A stretch of 61,485 bases of DNA, the filler included, from Globobulimina sp. (taxonomy: Eukaryota): NCBI GenBank assembly GCA_003354225.1. It is 24 parts of 24 records of this genome, joined end to end, with 100 filler letters (N's around TTAATTAATTAA, not from the genome) between each part and the next. Parts side by side here need not be neighbours in the genome. Positions count along the whole stretch, not along the records: positions 1 to 2,468 come from PIVH01006522.1; positions 2,569 to 5,036 come from PIVH01006523.1; positions 5,137 to 7,603 come from PIVH01006524.1; positions 7,704 to 10,170 come from PIVH01006525.1; positions 10,271 to 12,737 come from PIVH01006526.1; 19 more parts are not named here. One strand, given 5' to 3'. Positions 1 through 10,710 of the stretch are shown in pieces. Each line of letters begins with the position of its first letter. The stretch's first letter is position 1. A program made the translations under genes and the position numbers. Below the pieces are notes generated by a model. It had not been told where the DNA came from, made no database searches, and saw nothing but the letters and a program-made list of their open reading frames with translations.

Positions 1-1
1 T

Positions 2-2221
2 TTATTTGCCATTGATGAATGTCATTGTATCTCGTCGTGGGGTCATGATTTCCGTCCAAAGTATCGAAATTTACATAGTCTACGTGTCAATTATCCGAAT
101 GTCCCAATTATTGCACTCACTGCGACTGCCACTAATAATGTAAAAAAAGATATCGTCAAATCATTAAAACTCAATAACCCAAATGTTATATGCTCAGATT
201 TTGATAGACCAAATTTATATTTTTCCTTTAAATACATCGAAAACTTACAAACAATCAAACCGTGGACTAAAGCAAGCAAAAAAAAGAAAGGTAGAAGAAA
301 ATCCAGGAAAATAAACAAAACTGAAATAACACAAAACAATCAAAAAATATGTGACGATATAAATGTATTTATAAAAAAAAACAAGTATCAAAATAAATGT
401 GGTTTAATATATATATTCAGCAGAAAAGATGCGGAGACCATAGCCTTTTATTTAGGGAAAGAATATAAATTTTCCATCGCAGCATACCACGCTGGAATGG
501 CATTGAAAAAAAAAACACAAATTCAAGAAAAATGGGAACGAAATGAGCTATCAATCATTGTCTGTACGTGTGCCTTTGGAATGGGCATTGATGTTAAAAA
601 TGTTCGTTTTGTAATCCATTGTACGATTAATAAGAATTTAGACGCATACTATCAAGAAATTGGTCGAGGTGGCAGAGATGGCAAATTTACAAACATTTTA
701 TGTTATTATTCTGCAAATATGTTAAATAAACATAGAGCTATTTTATTAAAAGAAAGCATTTGCAAAATAAGTCGATATAAAAAAAGAGGGAAATCAAAAG
801 ATGCCATCAAACAAATGGCACAAAATGACGCATTATATATTCGACATATGGGTAATATCAAACATGTGCAACAATTTGCGGAACCGAATAAATGTCGAAG
901 GGAAATATTGTTAAACTATTTTGCTCAAAAAGGTGTACAAAATAAAAACCATGGGTTTAAGTGTTGTGATTTTTGTGACAATCCCAATGCAATAAAAGCT
1001 ATCAAGGCGCAATACCAAAAGAAAAGGAACGGCAAAGAGAATATATATATTAATGAAATAAAAGAACCGATTGCTAATAATTATAATTTTAACACTAACG
1101 ACAGCATAAATGAAAGCAATCAAAATTACAATTATAACACTAATGAAAGCATGAATGGAATCAATTATAATTACAACACTAATGACAGCATGAAAGAAGT
1201 TAATCAAAATTACAATTATAACACCAATGAAAGCATTAATGAAAGTGAACAACATTCAGATGTTTTATTGGAGGCAAAAGCCACTGCAAATATCGATGGT
1301 TTGAAGATAGAAACCAGAGAGCACGCATTGTTTCAGTTTTTAACTGTGATCGAAGAAAACTGCAAAGTAAATGATGCTTTTTCAGTTTCGCAGAAAAAAG
1401 AGCTGGCCATATTTAATAAATCGCGTACGAGTTTTATTTATGGATTAAATTTGCGACAAGAATTAGAAAATATAAAAACACGGAATACAAATTCCAATAC
1501 GAATGTAGATATCGATGTAAATTCCAATACGAATGCGAATATGAATGCGAATGCGAATGGGAGTTCCCATACCAATACGAATGCGAATGCGAATATTGAT
1601 GAAATATATGAATTAATTCAAACATTACAAATTGAACGTGAATGGATGATATCGATGGTTGAGAGAAGGAATGATTTTGAAGGATTTAATCGATGGAAAA
1701 AAGACCTTCAAAATATATATTCGGCAAAAGTAAACAGATTATCTTTAAAATATAAATGTGACTTAAATGCAATCCACTCACTAAAGGATATAAATAATAA
1801 ATTGAATGAAGAGAAAGAATTATTATTATCTCTGATTAATGCATATAATCCAAATGAAGGCAGTCAACTAATTTGGAATTCTGATTATAAACACTTTTTA
1901 GAAATGTTGCAGCAATGTGATATTGATGAAAAACAAAGAATTGATATGTTAAAAAAAATGCAATTAAATAAACCAAAGGATAATAATAAGTCCAATTACA
2001 ATGGAAAAGAGGAGGAAGAAAAGGATGATGATATAATGATATTATCATTGAATAACAAACATAAAAATGTACAATGTTTGATTTCCATGGGATTTGAGTG
2101 TAAAATAATAAATACAGCATGGGATTTATTAAAGCATAATGATAAAACAAAACATATTGCTGTTGACGATGCAGAATTTATAATAAAAATGTTAGATAAA
2201 ATACACGACATTCAAGCTTAA
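2..2221 (+). CDS. RECQ: RecQ family DNA helicase (RECQ5-like), 5'-partial
   Basis: Frame from position 2 reads LFAIDECHCISSWGHDFRPKY (motif II plus aromatic loop) and ALTATA. It continues in frame into ORF 497..2221 with AFGMGID, YYQEIGRGGRDG and the Zn-binding CRR..LL.YF...CCDFC. C-terminus has Asn-rich repeats, a KIX-like segment and a UBA-like LISMGF. Confidence 0.93.
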   Translation, partial: LFAIDECHCISSWGHDFRPKYRNLHSLRVNYPNVPIIALTATATNNVKKDIVKSLKLNNPNVICSDFDRPNLYFSFKYIENLQTIKPWTKASKKKKGRRKSRKINKTEITQNNQKICDDINVFIKKNKYQNKCGLIYIFSRKDAETIAFYLGKEYKFSIAAYHAGMALKKKTQIQEKWERNELSIIVCTCAFGMGIDVKNVRFVIHCTINKNLDAYYQEIGRGGRDGKFTNILCYYSANMLNKHRAILLKESICKISRYKKRGKSKDAIKQMAQNDALYIRHMGNIKHVQQFAEPNKCRREILLNYFAQKGVQNKNHGFKCCDFCDNPNAIKAIKAQYQKKRNGKENIYINEIKEPIANNYNFNTNDSINESNQNYNYNTNESMNGINYNYNTNDSMKEVNQNYNYNTNESINESEQHSDVLLEAKATANIDGLKIETREHALFQFLTVIEENCKVNDAFSVSQKKELAIFNKSRTSFIYGLNLRQELENIKTRNTNSNTNVDIDVNSNTNANMNANANGSSHTNTNANANIDEIYELIQTLQIEREWMISMVERRNDFEGFNRWKKDLQNIYSAKVNRLSLKYKCDLNAIHSLKDINNKLNEEKELLLSLINAYNPNEGSQLIWNSDYKHFLEMLQQCDIDEKQRIDMLKKMQLNKPKDNNKSNYNGKEEEEKDDDIMILSLNNKHKNVQCLISMGFECKIINTAWDLLKHNDKTKHIAVDDAEFIIKMLDKIHDIQA
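1078..1245 (+). repeat. Coding tandem repeat, about 4 copies of 39-45 bp (NYNYNTNESxNE), inside RecQ
   Basis: Repeated AATTA(C/T)AATT(A/T)TAACAC(T/C)AA(T/C)GA(A/C)AGCAT units are visible. Confidence 0.85.
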
Positions 2222-2356
2222 TTTACATTAAACTGGTTACTCAATTCTTGTATACTAGCCGCTATTTACATTTGCTTCTCACCGCCATGCCGGCCATGTA
2301 TTTGTACATATGTGACTTTTTAGGCTTAAACTTCTAAACACTTCGTTTGTGATTGG

Positions 2357-2468
2357 CAAGGTTTTTGGGTTAGCTAGAGTGGTTTTCAACCTAGTATTCG
2401 AAGTTGACCTAGGATTCGAATCCTAGTATTCAAAGTTGAAAACCACTCTAGCTAACCCAAAAACCTTG
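2357..2468. mobile_element. Foldback / MITE-like element with perfect 34-bp inverted repeats, running to the contig end
   Basis: CAAGGTTTTTGGGTTAGCTAGAGTGGTTTTCAAC (2357-2390) is the exact reverse complement of 2435-2468. An internal palindrome CTAGGATTCGAATCCTAG lies at 2409-2426. Confidence 0.7.
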
Positions 2469-2568
2469 NNNNNNNNNNNNNNNNNNNNNNNNNNNNNNNN
2501 NNNNNNNNNNNNTTAATTAATTAANNNNNNNNNNNNNNNNNNNNNNNNNNNNNNNNNNNNNNNNNNNN
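2469..2568. other. Artificial contig-joining linker (first of 23)
   Basis: N-run + TTAATTAATTAA + N-run, giving stops in all six frames. It recurs about every 2567 bp up to 58922-59021. Confidence 0.99.
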
Positions 2569-2921
2569 ATTTTTGTCCTCGGGTCATACGTAAGCAGATT
2601 GCAAATAAAAAAAAACAGATATCAATAGAAAAAATCTCGGCATCATACCGTTGATTCATATTTCTCGATGATTTTATGGGGATTGATAAACATGTGATCA
2701 ATAAAATAGTTTTCATTCTTGAACTGGACTATGCCAATGACACTGTATTTATTGAACAGACATATCCATTCATCCAATGCATGAAGTATTGAGTGCAATG
2801 TAATGCATTATAAGTAATTCTGACATTTTCACGCCATGCAATACAGCAAAATTAAATAGCACATGTCAATTTGTACTCGTGCGTAACATTCTTTTTTTTT
2901 TTGAAACAATCCGCTCCAAGC

Positions 2922-3933
2922 ATGCCACCATCCGCTCCAATGTTCGTTTTGATTGTAATTAATTTGATTTCAACTATTTTTGGGCAACGTGTTGAACCTG
3001 ATGTATGTTTATGGAATGTTGTAAATGATGGAACCGCAGAAACCTATACATGGGTAAATGGGCTGTATGAATATGAAGGAGATTATATGGATATAAAACC
3101 TATTTACAACAACACCAATACAGGCTGTAATAAACCTGCACTATTTATATATTTTAAACTTCAGAGTTGGTATATTGGTTATTATCCTACTGACGATGCG
3201 CAAACAGTCACAGGTCTTTATGGGAAATGTATTTCAACAGATGTTACCATACAAGATCCGACTGGTATATTGCAGTATATTTAATGTATTAATTCATATA
3301 TCTGCATTTACATTGATATTGCTATATAGGTTGTGATGGTGTATGGGAAGTACCGTTCATAAACGGAAACGATACAGATTCAGAAATCACAGCATATGCA
3401 AGTAAATGTCCAGCATGGACTAATCAATGTACTCAAATGGAAACGGCAATAACTCGGACTGCCAGTAATCAAAACATTGTCGATAATTGTGATGGTACAT
3501 TTATATATGATGGAGATAATGTATATAGTAAATATGTTGATGCGTCAACTACAATGTATTGGTTTTTTAATTATCATGCATTTCAATGGATATGTTCGGA
3601 AACATTAAATCTTGAATCATGTGCATTTGGGAGTGATGCGGCACAGCAATCATATAATACGGAATATTGGACAGATTTAGATGTAGCAAGCACAACAACG
3701 CTTGATTTAAAAAGTGGTGATACATTATCTATAACTTGTTTGGAAACGGCATCTCCCACTCGATCACCAACCAAATCCCCGTTACCAGGTATTTTTTATA
3801 CTATTATCAATCACGGTATTTTACTGCGTGTTTATACAAATAATCAGATGGCGATGGCGACGGCGACAGCGTCAATAGTGTCCATATCAATCTTTCTGTT
3901 TTTATGATTGTATCCATTTTTAATATGTTATAA
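2922..3933 (+). CDS. Secreted, possibly GPI-anchored Cys-rich surface protein, 3 exons (introns 3265-3329, 3789-3847)
   Basis: Signal-like MFVLIVINLISTIFG. GT-AG introns join ORFs 2871..3284 and 3437..3907 in frame. SPTRSPTKSP stalk and hydrophobic C-terminal tail ending at TAA 3931-3933. Confidence 0.65.
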
Positions 3934-4140
3934 AACGTAAATTAACAATTTTTTGTTGCATGACTCGCATCTCAAGTTCCAGTGTGCTGTGTGCAAGGAT
4001 GTAAAATAAAAACAGAAAACCATATCGGTTACCTTTTTTGGTGAAGAATTTTACAGTATTATAATAATAAAAAAGTACAAACAAGTAAATTATTGTAAAT
4101 AAGATATAAAATATTCCGATGTCATTTTTCTTTTTTCTCA

Positions 4141-5036
4141 TCAAAAGCTAGCATCGCCATAATCGAAATTCAATCTCAATAAATATTTCATTTTAATTTG
4201 CGCCGTATCATACACAATATACTCATTATACAACAACGACGATTGCAAACGCTCATCGACAACGCCTTTGCCACTCGGCACAACGCAGCCATTCTCCAAC
4301 GTGACATACGTCGAGGGATCAGGCGTAGTGCGCCCACAGCCTTTGGTCGACTTCTTTCCTTTCGGCAATTGATCCGCATAATAATCACTATGCAATAACT
4401 CATTCATGTCACCCAACGCCACCTCGCACAATAAAATCAAACCAGTATTATTCTGCACCGACGTAGCGCAATAATTGGCCGATTTGCTGCACATATCTGC
4501 AAAATACACGCCTTTCCCGAACATGTACCCCGTCACCGGCGCCTCGGGCGGCGCTATCCGCAATCCCTGCGATATTATCCCGACAAAATTAGTCAAACGG
4601 CTGCCATGCCACAACAACATGCGGTTCTTATCACCGCAAAACTCCTCAAACCGATCGCCACTGCCTTCCCTATCCAACGCGTACGCCCTCTCCACACTTA
4701 ATTTGAAGCGATTGTGGGTCGCCGCGTGCGTCAACCTCACGTAAGTCGACAACATCTCAAACTCCTCGCTCTTCTTATCAATGCTTTGCATGTCGCACTT
4801 CAACAAATCGAAGTTTTTGTCAATGGGATGCTTATAATTCTCAGCGCCGCTATCCCTGCCCGCCAACAATCGCTTCGCCACTTCAATCTCACTCAATGCC
4901 TCAATTAATTTCATCTCGACATTCAACCTTTTCTCTGAATCGATGCTCGGCGGCTTTTTAAATGCAAATTCGTGCGGTATCAACGTGTAATATTCCGACG
5001 ATAAGTCGTCCAACGACTCACTCTGCACTTTGCGGT
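4141..5036 (-). CDS. PARP: Poly(ADP-ribose) polymerase (PARP1/2-like) regulatory and catalytic domains, 5'-partial
   Basis: YYTLIPH, LLWHGSR, GLRIAPPEAPVTGYMFGKGVYFAD, SANY and LLYNEYIVYD: intact H-Y-E triad. Confidence 0.97.
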
Positions 5037-5137
5037 NNNNNNNNNNNNNNNNNNNNNNNNNNNNNNNNNNNNNNNNNNNNTTAATTAATTAANNNNNNNN
5101 NNNNNNNNNNNNNNNNNNNNNNNNNNNNNNNNNNNNT

Positions 5138-5260
5138 ACAGAATATAAGTCAATAAACATAGAGTTTGTGGGTGAAACAAATGCAAAAACAGGTCAAAAT
5201 GTAGGTGAGTTGGTGCAGAATATGATACAAAAATGTGTTGATACGCAATCTATTGAATGA
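5138..5260 (+). CDS. 3' end of a Ras/Rab-like small GTPase
   Basis: Reads ...FVGETNAKTGQNVGELVQNMIQKC..., resembling the G5 motif ETSAKTG.NV and the last helix. Confidence 0.55.
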   Translation, partial: TEYKSINIEFVGETNAKTGQNVGELVQNMIQKCVDTQSIE

Positions 5261-5405
5261 AACCGGAATTTGTTGTATAATATGTATAATTTGAATTTCA
5301 TTGAGGCTATGCGCTTAAAACAAAAAAACATACTTCCTCGTTGTTATTGCGCATTTTGTCGGAGATGAAAATTGTTAGTGTCAACTGGAAAACTCGACGT
5401 TGATC

Positions 5406-6215
5406 ATGGGAAACAAACACGCATCAAAAGCAATAATCACCGATACTGTGGATACTTATAAAAATGATAAAAAATCCATTAAATCGAGCCAAGAAAAAGA
5501 GACAAAGCATGCCGAATTCTGTAATGAGGAATCCATTGAGTATATACTAACTTATTGGGCAAGACATTTGGATGATCCTTTATTTATTCCCGCAGTGATA
5601 TGCGATATAATTATACGTTTAGTTGCTGTGGTATATAAATCAAAATGGTCAAAAATATACAAAGGATCTGATGTAGTGATTGGGATCGTCGATCCATGCA
5701 AAGCCACTGTTCCTCGCATATCAATTGAACAATCCATCAGAGCAAAACATTGCTTATTAAGGGGCAAAATATCTATATTTTATATAATTGTTCATGGTTT
5801 GGATGAAATAAATACACAAAATAATTGTATTGGAGTTGTTCCTGAATATGTGAATGCATTTAATTGCCAAATACCATCTGAATTATATGGTGTAGGGTAT
5901 GGCAAAAATATAATTTATAAAGGAACAGAAATAGAATTTAGTACCAAACCACAAATCAAATCTGGTCAAAAAGTAAAATGTGTTGTTGATTTAAGAGATG
6001 ATAACAATCCGTTTTTTAAATGTCTATGGCAGGCAAAAGAAACATTGGTCAAACTACCAAATGGAAACGACAATGAACGATATAAAAATGTTCGTTGGTA
6101 TCCGTGCATTGGTGGCTTCCTTTCAAATACAACTTGTATTATAGACTTTGACGGGACAGACAATTATCAAAGTCACTTTGTTGTAGCTCCGCCATCATTT
6201 CCAACGCTAGTTTAA
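5406..6215 (+). CDS. Hypothetical protein with possible N-myristoylation (MGNK) and a SPRY/B30.2-like domain
   Basis: 270-aa ORF. CIGVV, SGQKVKCVVDL and WYPCI resemble SPRY beta-sandwich motifs. Confidence 0.5.
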   Translation: MGNKHASKAIITDTVDTYKNDKKSIKSSQEKETKHAEFCNEESIEYILTYWARHLDDPLFIPAVICDIIIRLVAVVYKSKWSKIYKGSDVVIGIVDPCKATVPRISIEQSIRAKHCLLRGKISIFYIIVHGLDEINTQNNCIGVVPEYVNAFNCQIPSELYGVGYGKNIIYKGTEIEFSTKPQIKSGQKVKCVVDLRDDNNPFFKCLWQAKETLVKLPNGNDNERYKNVRWYPCIGGFLSNTTCIIDFDGTDNYQSHFVVAPPSFPTLV

Positions 6216-6299
6216 AACGCACGACATAAACCATTACGTACTCTCTTCGCAATCAACATAAATCATTTTAATTCAATCAAGCGATTACAACAACACTAC

Positions 6300-7603
6300 T
6301 CACACCGAGTCAAGTTTTGGTTTTTTCAATGGTGGTTCTTGCAATTCATGCAATAATTCCTTCAGTTCATCAGTATCATATCCATCCAATTTATCCTCCC
6401 ACTCCTCATCAGCCGGTACCTCCTCTGGCTCCTCATCACCATCTTCAACCTCTTTATCATTATCATTATCATTATCATTCTCATTCTCATTCTCATTCCC
6501 CACAGCACTCTCAGCCTCCGAATCATTCACAAAATCATCAACATCCTTACTCTCATTATCATCCTTCCCCTCCTCCTTCTCCTTCTCCTTAGGCATATAT
6601 GTCGTATCATAAACAGTACAAAACAAAACCGCATTCAATTTCTGCTTCAAATACGTTCTAAACAATGGCAAATGTGGCTGATTGAACCTATGTACAACCA
6701 CATAGCGACCCAACCCCACACTGGCAAATAAATTCCGCGTTGGATGAATGTCAAAATCCCGGATCGCGCCCACAAAGCCTCGATACCGGCGATACACAGC
6801 ACCCCTTTCTTTGGCAGGTAGTAAGTAATCAAATTCCCAAACATTCGCATTGGCATCGCCAATCAATATCTTTTTTTTCGATTTAATCATCACTTTATTC
6901 AATGCATAGTCCCCAACTTTCTGCCGAAATATCGATTTCTTTGTCCGCAAATCATATAATTTCACCTCACTCTCCGCCGTCACCGCAGCGCATAAGTACG
7001 GATTCACCGATTTCTTGCACCAATCAATGTCGTTTACGGTGATCGCGTGTCGATGGCCCAAGTGATGGAAATGGTGCTTCCCTTTGAAAATACATTTTTG
7101 TTTATTAAAATCATAAACTTCCACCGGCCGGTCATTGCCACCAATGGCGAACCACGGAAATTGCGACACCAATCCATGCCCTTTGAGGCATTTTATTTCC
7201 CCCTTATTGGCTCCATACGTTTTGCCAAATGGTTTGCCGCCATATCGTCTCTTACGAACCTCATCAAATTTACGTTTTCGATTCGCACCGACTGCGCTCT
7301 GCTTTTCGACACTTGCATTTACAGTGAAAGAGGACAACAAAACACCGCGGCTTTTGTGTTTATCGCTGTCGCGTTTTTTTTGTGATTTTAGTAGGTTTAT
7401 AAATGAATCGTTTCCGTTTTTGCTCTTGTTTTCAGGCTCTGATGTTTTGTCGATTTTATTCAATATCATGGTATCATGCGGGAATTCTGCGTTTGAATAT
7501 TCTTTTTTGTGGTAACCCAGTCCCCATAAACGGGCGTCGCCGCTGCCATTTATGGTCCATACCATCCGCTTGTTTCCATCCGTAATGCAGGGATTATCCA
7601 TTA
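6300..7603 (-). CDS. WDR74: WD40 ribosome biogenesis factor WDR74/NSA1-like, 5'-partial
   Basis: GFVGAIRDFDIHP...FASVGLGRYVVVH...TYLKQKLNAVL matches the NSA1/WDR74 C-terminal WD repeats. Acidic tail with a terminal basic patch. Confidence 0.75.
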
Positions 7604-7771
7604 NNNNNNNNNNNNNNNNNNNNNNNNNNNNNNNNNNNNNNNNNNNNTTAATTAATTAANNNNNNNNNNNNNNNNNNNNNNNNNNNNNNNNNNNNNNNNN
7701 NNNCGGGGGCGCCTCGCCCGGGGGGAGTGACGCGGAAGTGGAAGCTTGCGCTGGATGCCGCTTATGCAGCA

Positions 7772-9785
7772 GTATTATGGAATGGTGAAGTATTTGATGG
7801 CTTAGATGTTGAGTACATAACACCTCCATATTCCCTATTATTTATTCACTGAATTTGTATTGCAACAGTTAAAAGAAGACGAGAATGATACAATGCGCGT
7901 ATTTAAACTATTCAACAATGCAAACAATGAATTATCAATATTTGATGTACATAAAATTGAAGGACCATTTGCCTTTATTTATTATCAAAATAAAACAAAT
8001 AAAATATGGTTTGGTCGGGATTGCTTAGGCCGCAGATCATTATTATTTGCTTATAACGCCGACACACAATGTTTTGCATTATCATCCATTCCATATAAAT
8101 CAGATATGATTCAATGTTCAGATTGGTTGGAATTGCCAAATTCTGGCATATTTTGTTTAGATTTAAACGACAATAATAAATTTATGCACTTCTCATGGAG
8201 ACACATTATGGATAAAAATGAGCAAAAAAGTAATGATGACTCACCTTTGATTTATAGCAAATTAGATATGATTTCTTTATTTGAAAACCGCCACAAAAAC
8301 GATAATAAATCAAATAAAAAGCCAGTAAATATAATAAGATTATTATCAGAGGTAAGTTATGATGACATTATCACTGCATTTCTAAATGTTTTATGCAATG
8401 CAATTAAGAAAAGAGTAATTATGCCCGAATCCAGTAAAGTATTACGACATAAATATTTATTAAATGCACCAAAGGAATGGATGGATAAAGTGTATTGGAA
8501 TAAGAATGCGCGAAATCATTTAATTTGCAATAAACAATGGATGAAAGCGCAGAATGAGGCAAGTATTGGCATATTATATTCGGGCGGTATTGACTCACAA
8601 ATATTGGCTGCTTTATGCGACCGCTTTGTTGCTAAAAACGAATCGATTGATTTAATAAATGTAGTTTGCGGCAACGATAGAAAGGCAACAATGTCAAGTC
8701 CGGATCGATTAACTGCAATTAATGGATATTTAGAATTAAAAAAATATATAAATCCACACAGGAAATGGAGATTAATTAAAGTCAATATAAGTTATAATGA
8801 GATATGTGATGCAAAACAACATATTTTATCACTCACTTATCCATGTTCGACGATCATGGATTTTAATATTGGAAACATTTTATGGTTCGGTTCGCGTGGC
8901 ATTGGATATGTTAACACTGCGAAAAATGGTTATAAATGGATTGAAAATAATAAATTAATCAGATACTCGCACATTGATTTGCAATTAAAACAGAAATTTG
9001 ATGAAAAAGTGAAAGAAATGGACATTGATAATATGGTTTCTGCACAAATTGATATGGAATTTACTTCGATTATTTGTGACGCAACAAATAAATCAGATAA
9101 ATATATGCTGCATAAACAGAAACGGAAGAGAGCAAAACTGATAAAAAGGAAGATTTTGGATGGAATAAAAAGTGAAATTTATAATTATAGCGAGAATGCG
9201 GAATGTAAAGAGAATGAGAATTGTAATGAATCGGAAGAATTATATATATCGTCATCGCGTGTATTGTTGTTAGGATTTGGCAGTGACGAATTGCTGTGCG
9301 GCTATGGCAGACATCGGACATCATTTAAAATGAATGGATTGGATGGATTACAAAAAGAATTAAATAAAGATTTCAATCGTTTATGGAAACGGAATTTAGG
9401 AAGAGATGATAGATTAATTTCGGATAATTCACGTGAAGCAAGATGGCCTTTTTTAGATAAACAGTTCATATCATTTATCAAACAATTACCACTGAAATAT
9501 ATTTGTGATTTAAATGAAGAGATTGGTATCGGCGATAAGAAAATATTAAGAGATTCCGCAAAAAGAATTGGATTGAAATATTCATGGAGTTTGGTTAAAA
9601 GAGCAATTCAATTTGGATCACGAATTGCAAATAATAAAGTTGCTGGATATGTTAATATAGATAATGAGCTCACTATTAATGATTTGATAAATTGTCAAAT
9701 TTATGAGCATAGTGACACTAATCAAGTAAATACGACAGTGACTAAAAAATATAATAAGAAAAATGGGAAAACAGGTTATGAGTGA
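7772..9785 (+). CDS. ASNSD1: Asparagine synthetase domain-containing protein 1, 5'-partial (intron 7808-7868)
   Basis: VLWNGEVF exon, then IEGPFAFIY, FGRDCLGRRSLL, LYSGGIDS, SPDR, GFGSDELLCGYGRH, RNLGRDDR and KRAIQFGSRIA. Confidence 0.92.
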
Positions 9786-9899
9786 CTGTGACCATTGATT
9801 GCCTCGAAAAAACAATTTGAATAATCTGAATAATCTGACGCTGAAAACCAGATGTTCTTAAGATCTTTGTTTGAAAAATTCAAAGCATTTATGTTTCAA

Positions 9900-10124
9900 C
9901 GATATATTCCATTAGATAACCCCCCCTTTGTATACCGAAAATTCAATTATAAATTTGTTCTGACTTTGTTCTCGATTTGCAAACCCAAGACAAACTTATA
10001 ACAAACCCAAGACAAACATATAGCAAACCGTTTCTGGTTTTGCAAAGCTTTTCTCAGGTAATTGAATTAAATGTATACAACTTTTCGACCAGGGGGGGGG
10101 GGGGTTATCTGTTGGAATATATCG
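9900..10124. mobile_element. 225-bp MITE with ~27-bp TIRs and a 5-bp target site duplication (TTCAA)
   Basis: Left end CGATATATTCCATTAGATAACCCCCCC; right end reverse complement CGATATATTCCAACAGATAACCCCCCC. TTCAA flanks both sides (9895-9899, 10125-10129). Internal duplicate CAAACCCAAGACAAAC. Confidence 0.8.
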
Positions 10125-10270
10125 TTCAAATAAATTAAATGTTGTTACACACACTTGTGAAAAACAGCATNNNNNNNNNNNNNNNNNNNNNNNNNNNNNN
10201 NNNNNNNNNNNNNNTTAATTAATTAANNNNNNNNNNNNNNNNNNNNNNNNNNNNNNNNNNNNNNNNNNNN

Positions 10271-10710
10271 TCCGGATTTTTGGTGGGTTTGACTATGGGG
10301 TTTGGAGACGGATGTTTTGGTGGCGTTTAGCTTGGTTTTTTTGTTGGATTTGCACTTGGATTTTTGGTTGGATTTGCAGCTGGATTTCCTGTTGGTATCG
10401 ATGTTGGAGATGAGGTTGGAATGTTTGTAGGATTTGCTGATGGATATTTTGTTGGATAACCTGACGGATATTTTGTTGGATTTTTTGTTGGATTTTTTGT
10501 AGGATAATCTGACGGATATTTTGTTGGATTTGCGCTTGGATTTTTGGTTGGATTTGTTGTCGGATTTTTGGTTGGAATGTTTGTAGGATTTGCTGACGGA
10601 TTTTTTGTTGGATTTTTGGTTGGATAATCTGACGGATATTTGGTTGGATTCGTTGTCGGATTTGCAGTCGGATTTGTTGTTGGATATATTGTTGGAAAAT
10701 GCGTTGGATT
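10271..10710 (-). repeat. 12-bp-based coding tandem repeats (PTKN/PSAN/PTNI)
   Basis: Recurrent TTGGATTTTTTG / TTGGATTTG units on the + strand. Confidence 0.9.

Noticed and set aside
2409..2426. GATTCGAATCC resembling a tRNA T-loop / B box
   Set aside because: It is part of a palindrome; no acceptor, D or anticodon arms can be built.
10327..10329. Stop-codon reassignment (TAA as sense)
   Set aside because: TAA, TGA and TAG all terminate conserved genes in this window, and long ORFs are open under the standard code.
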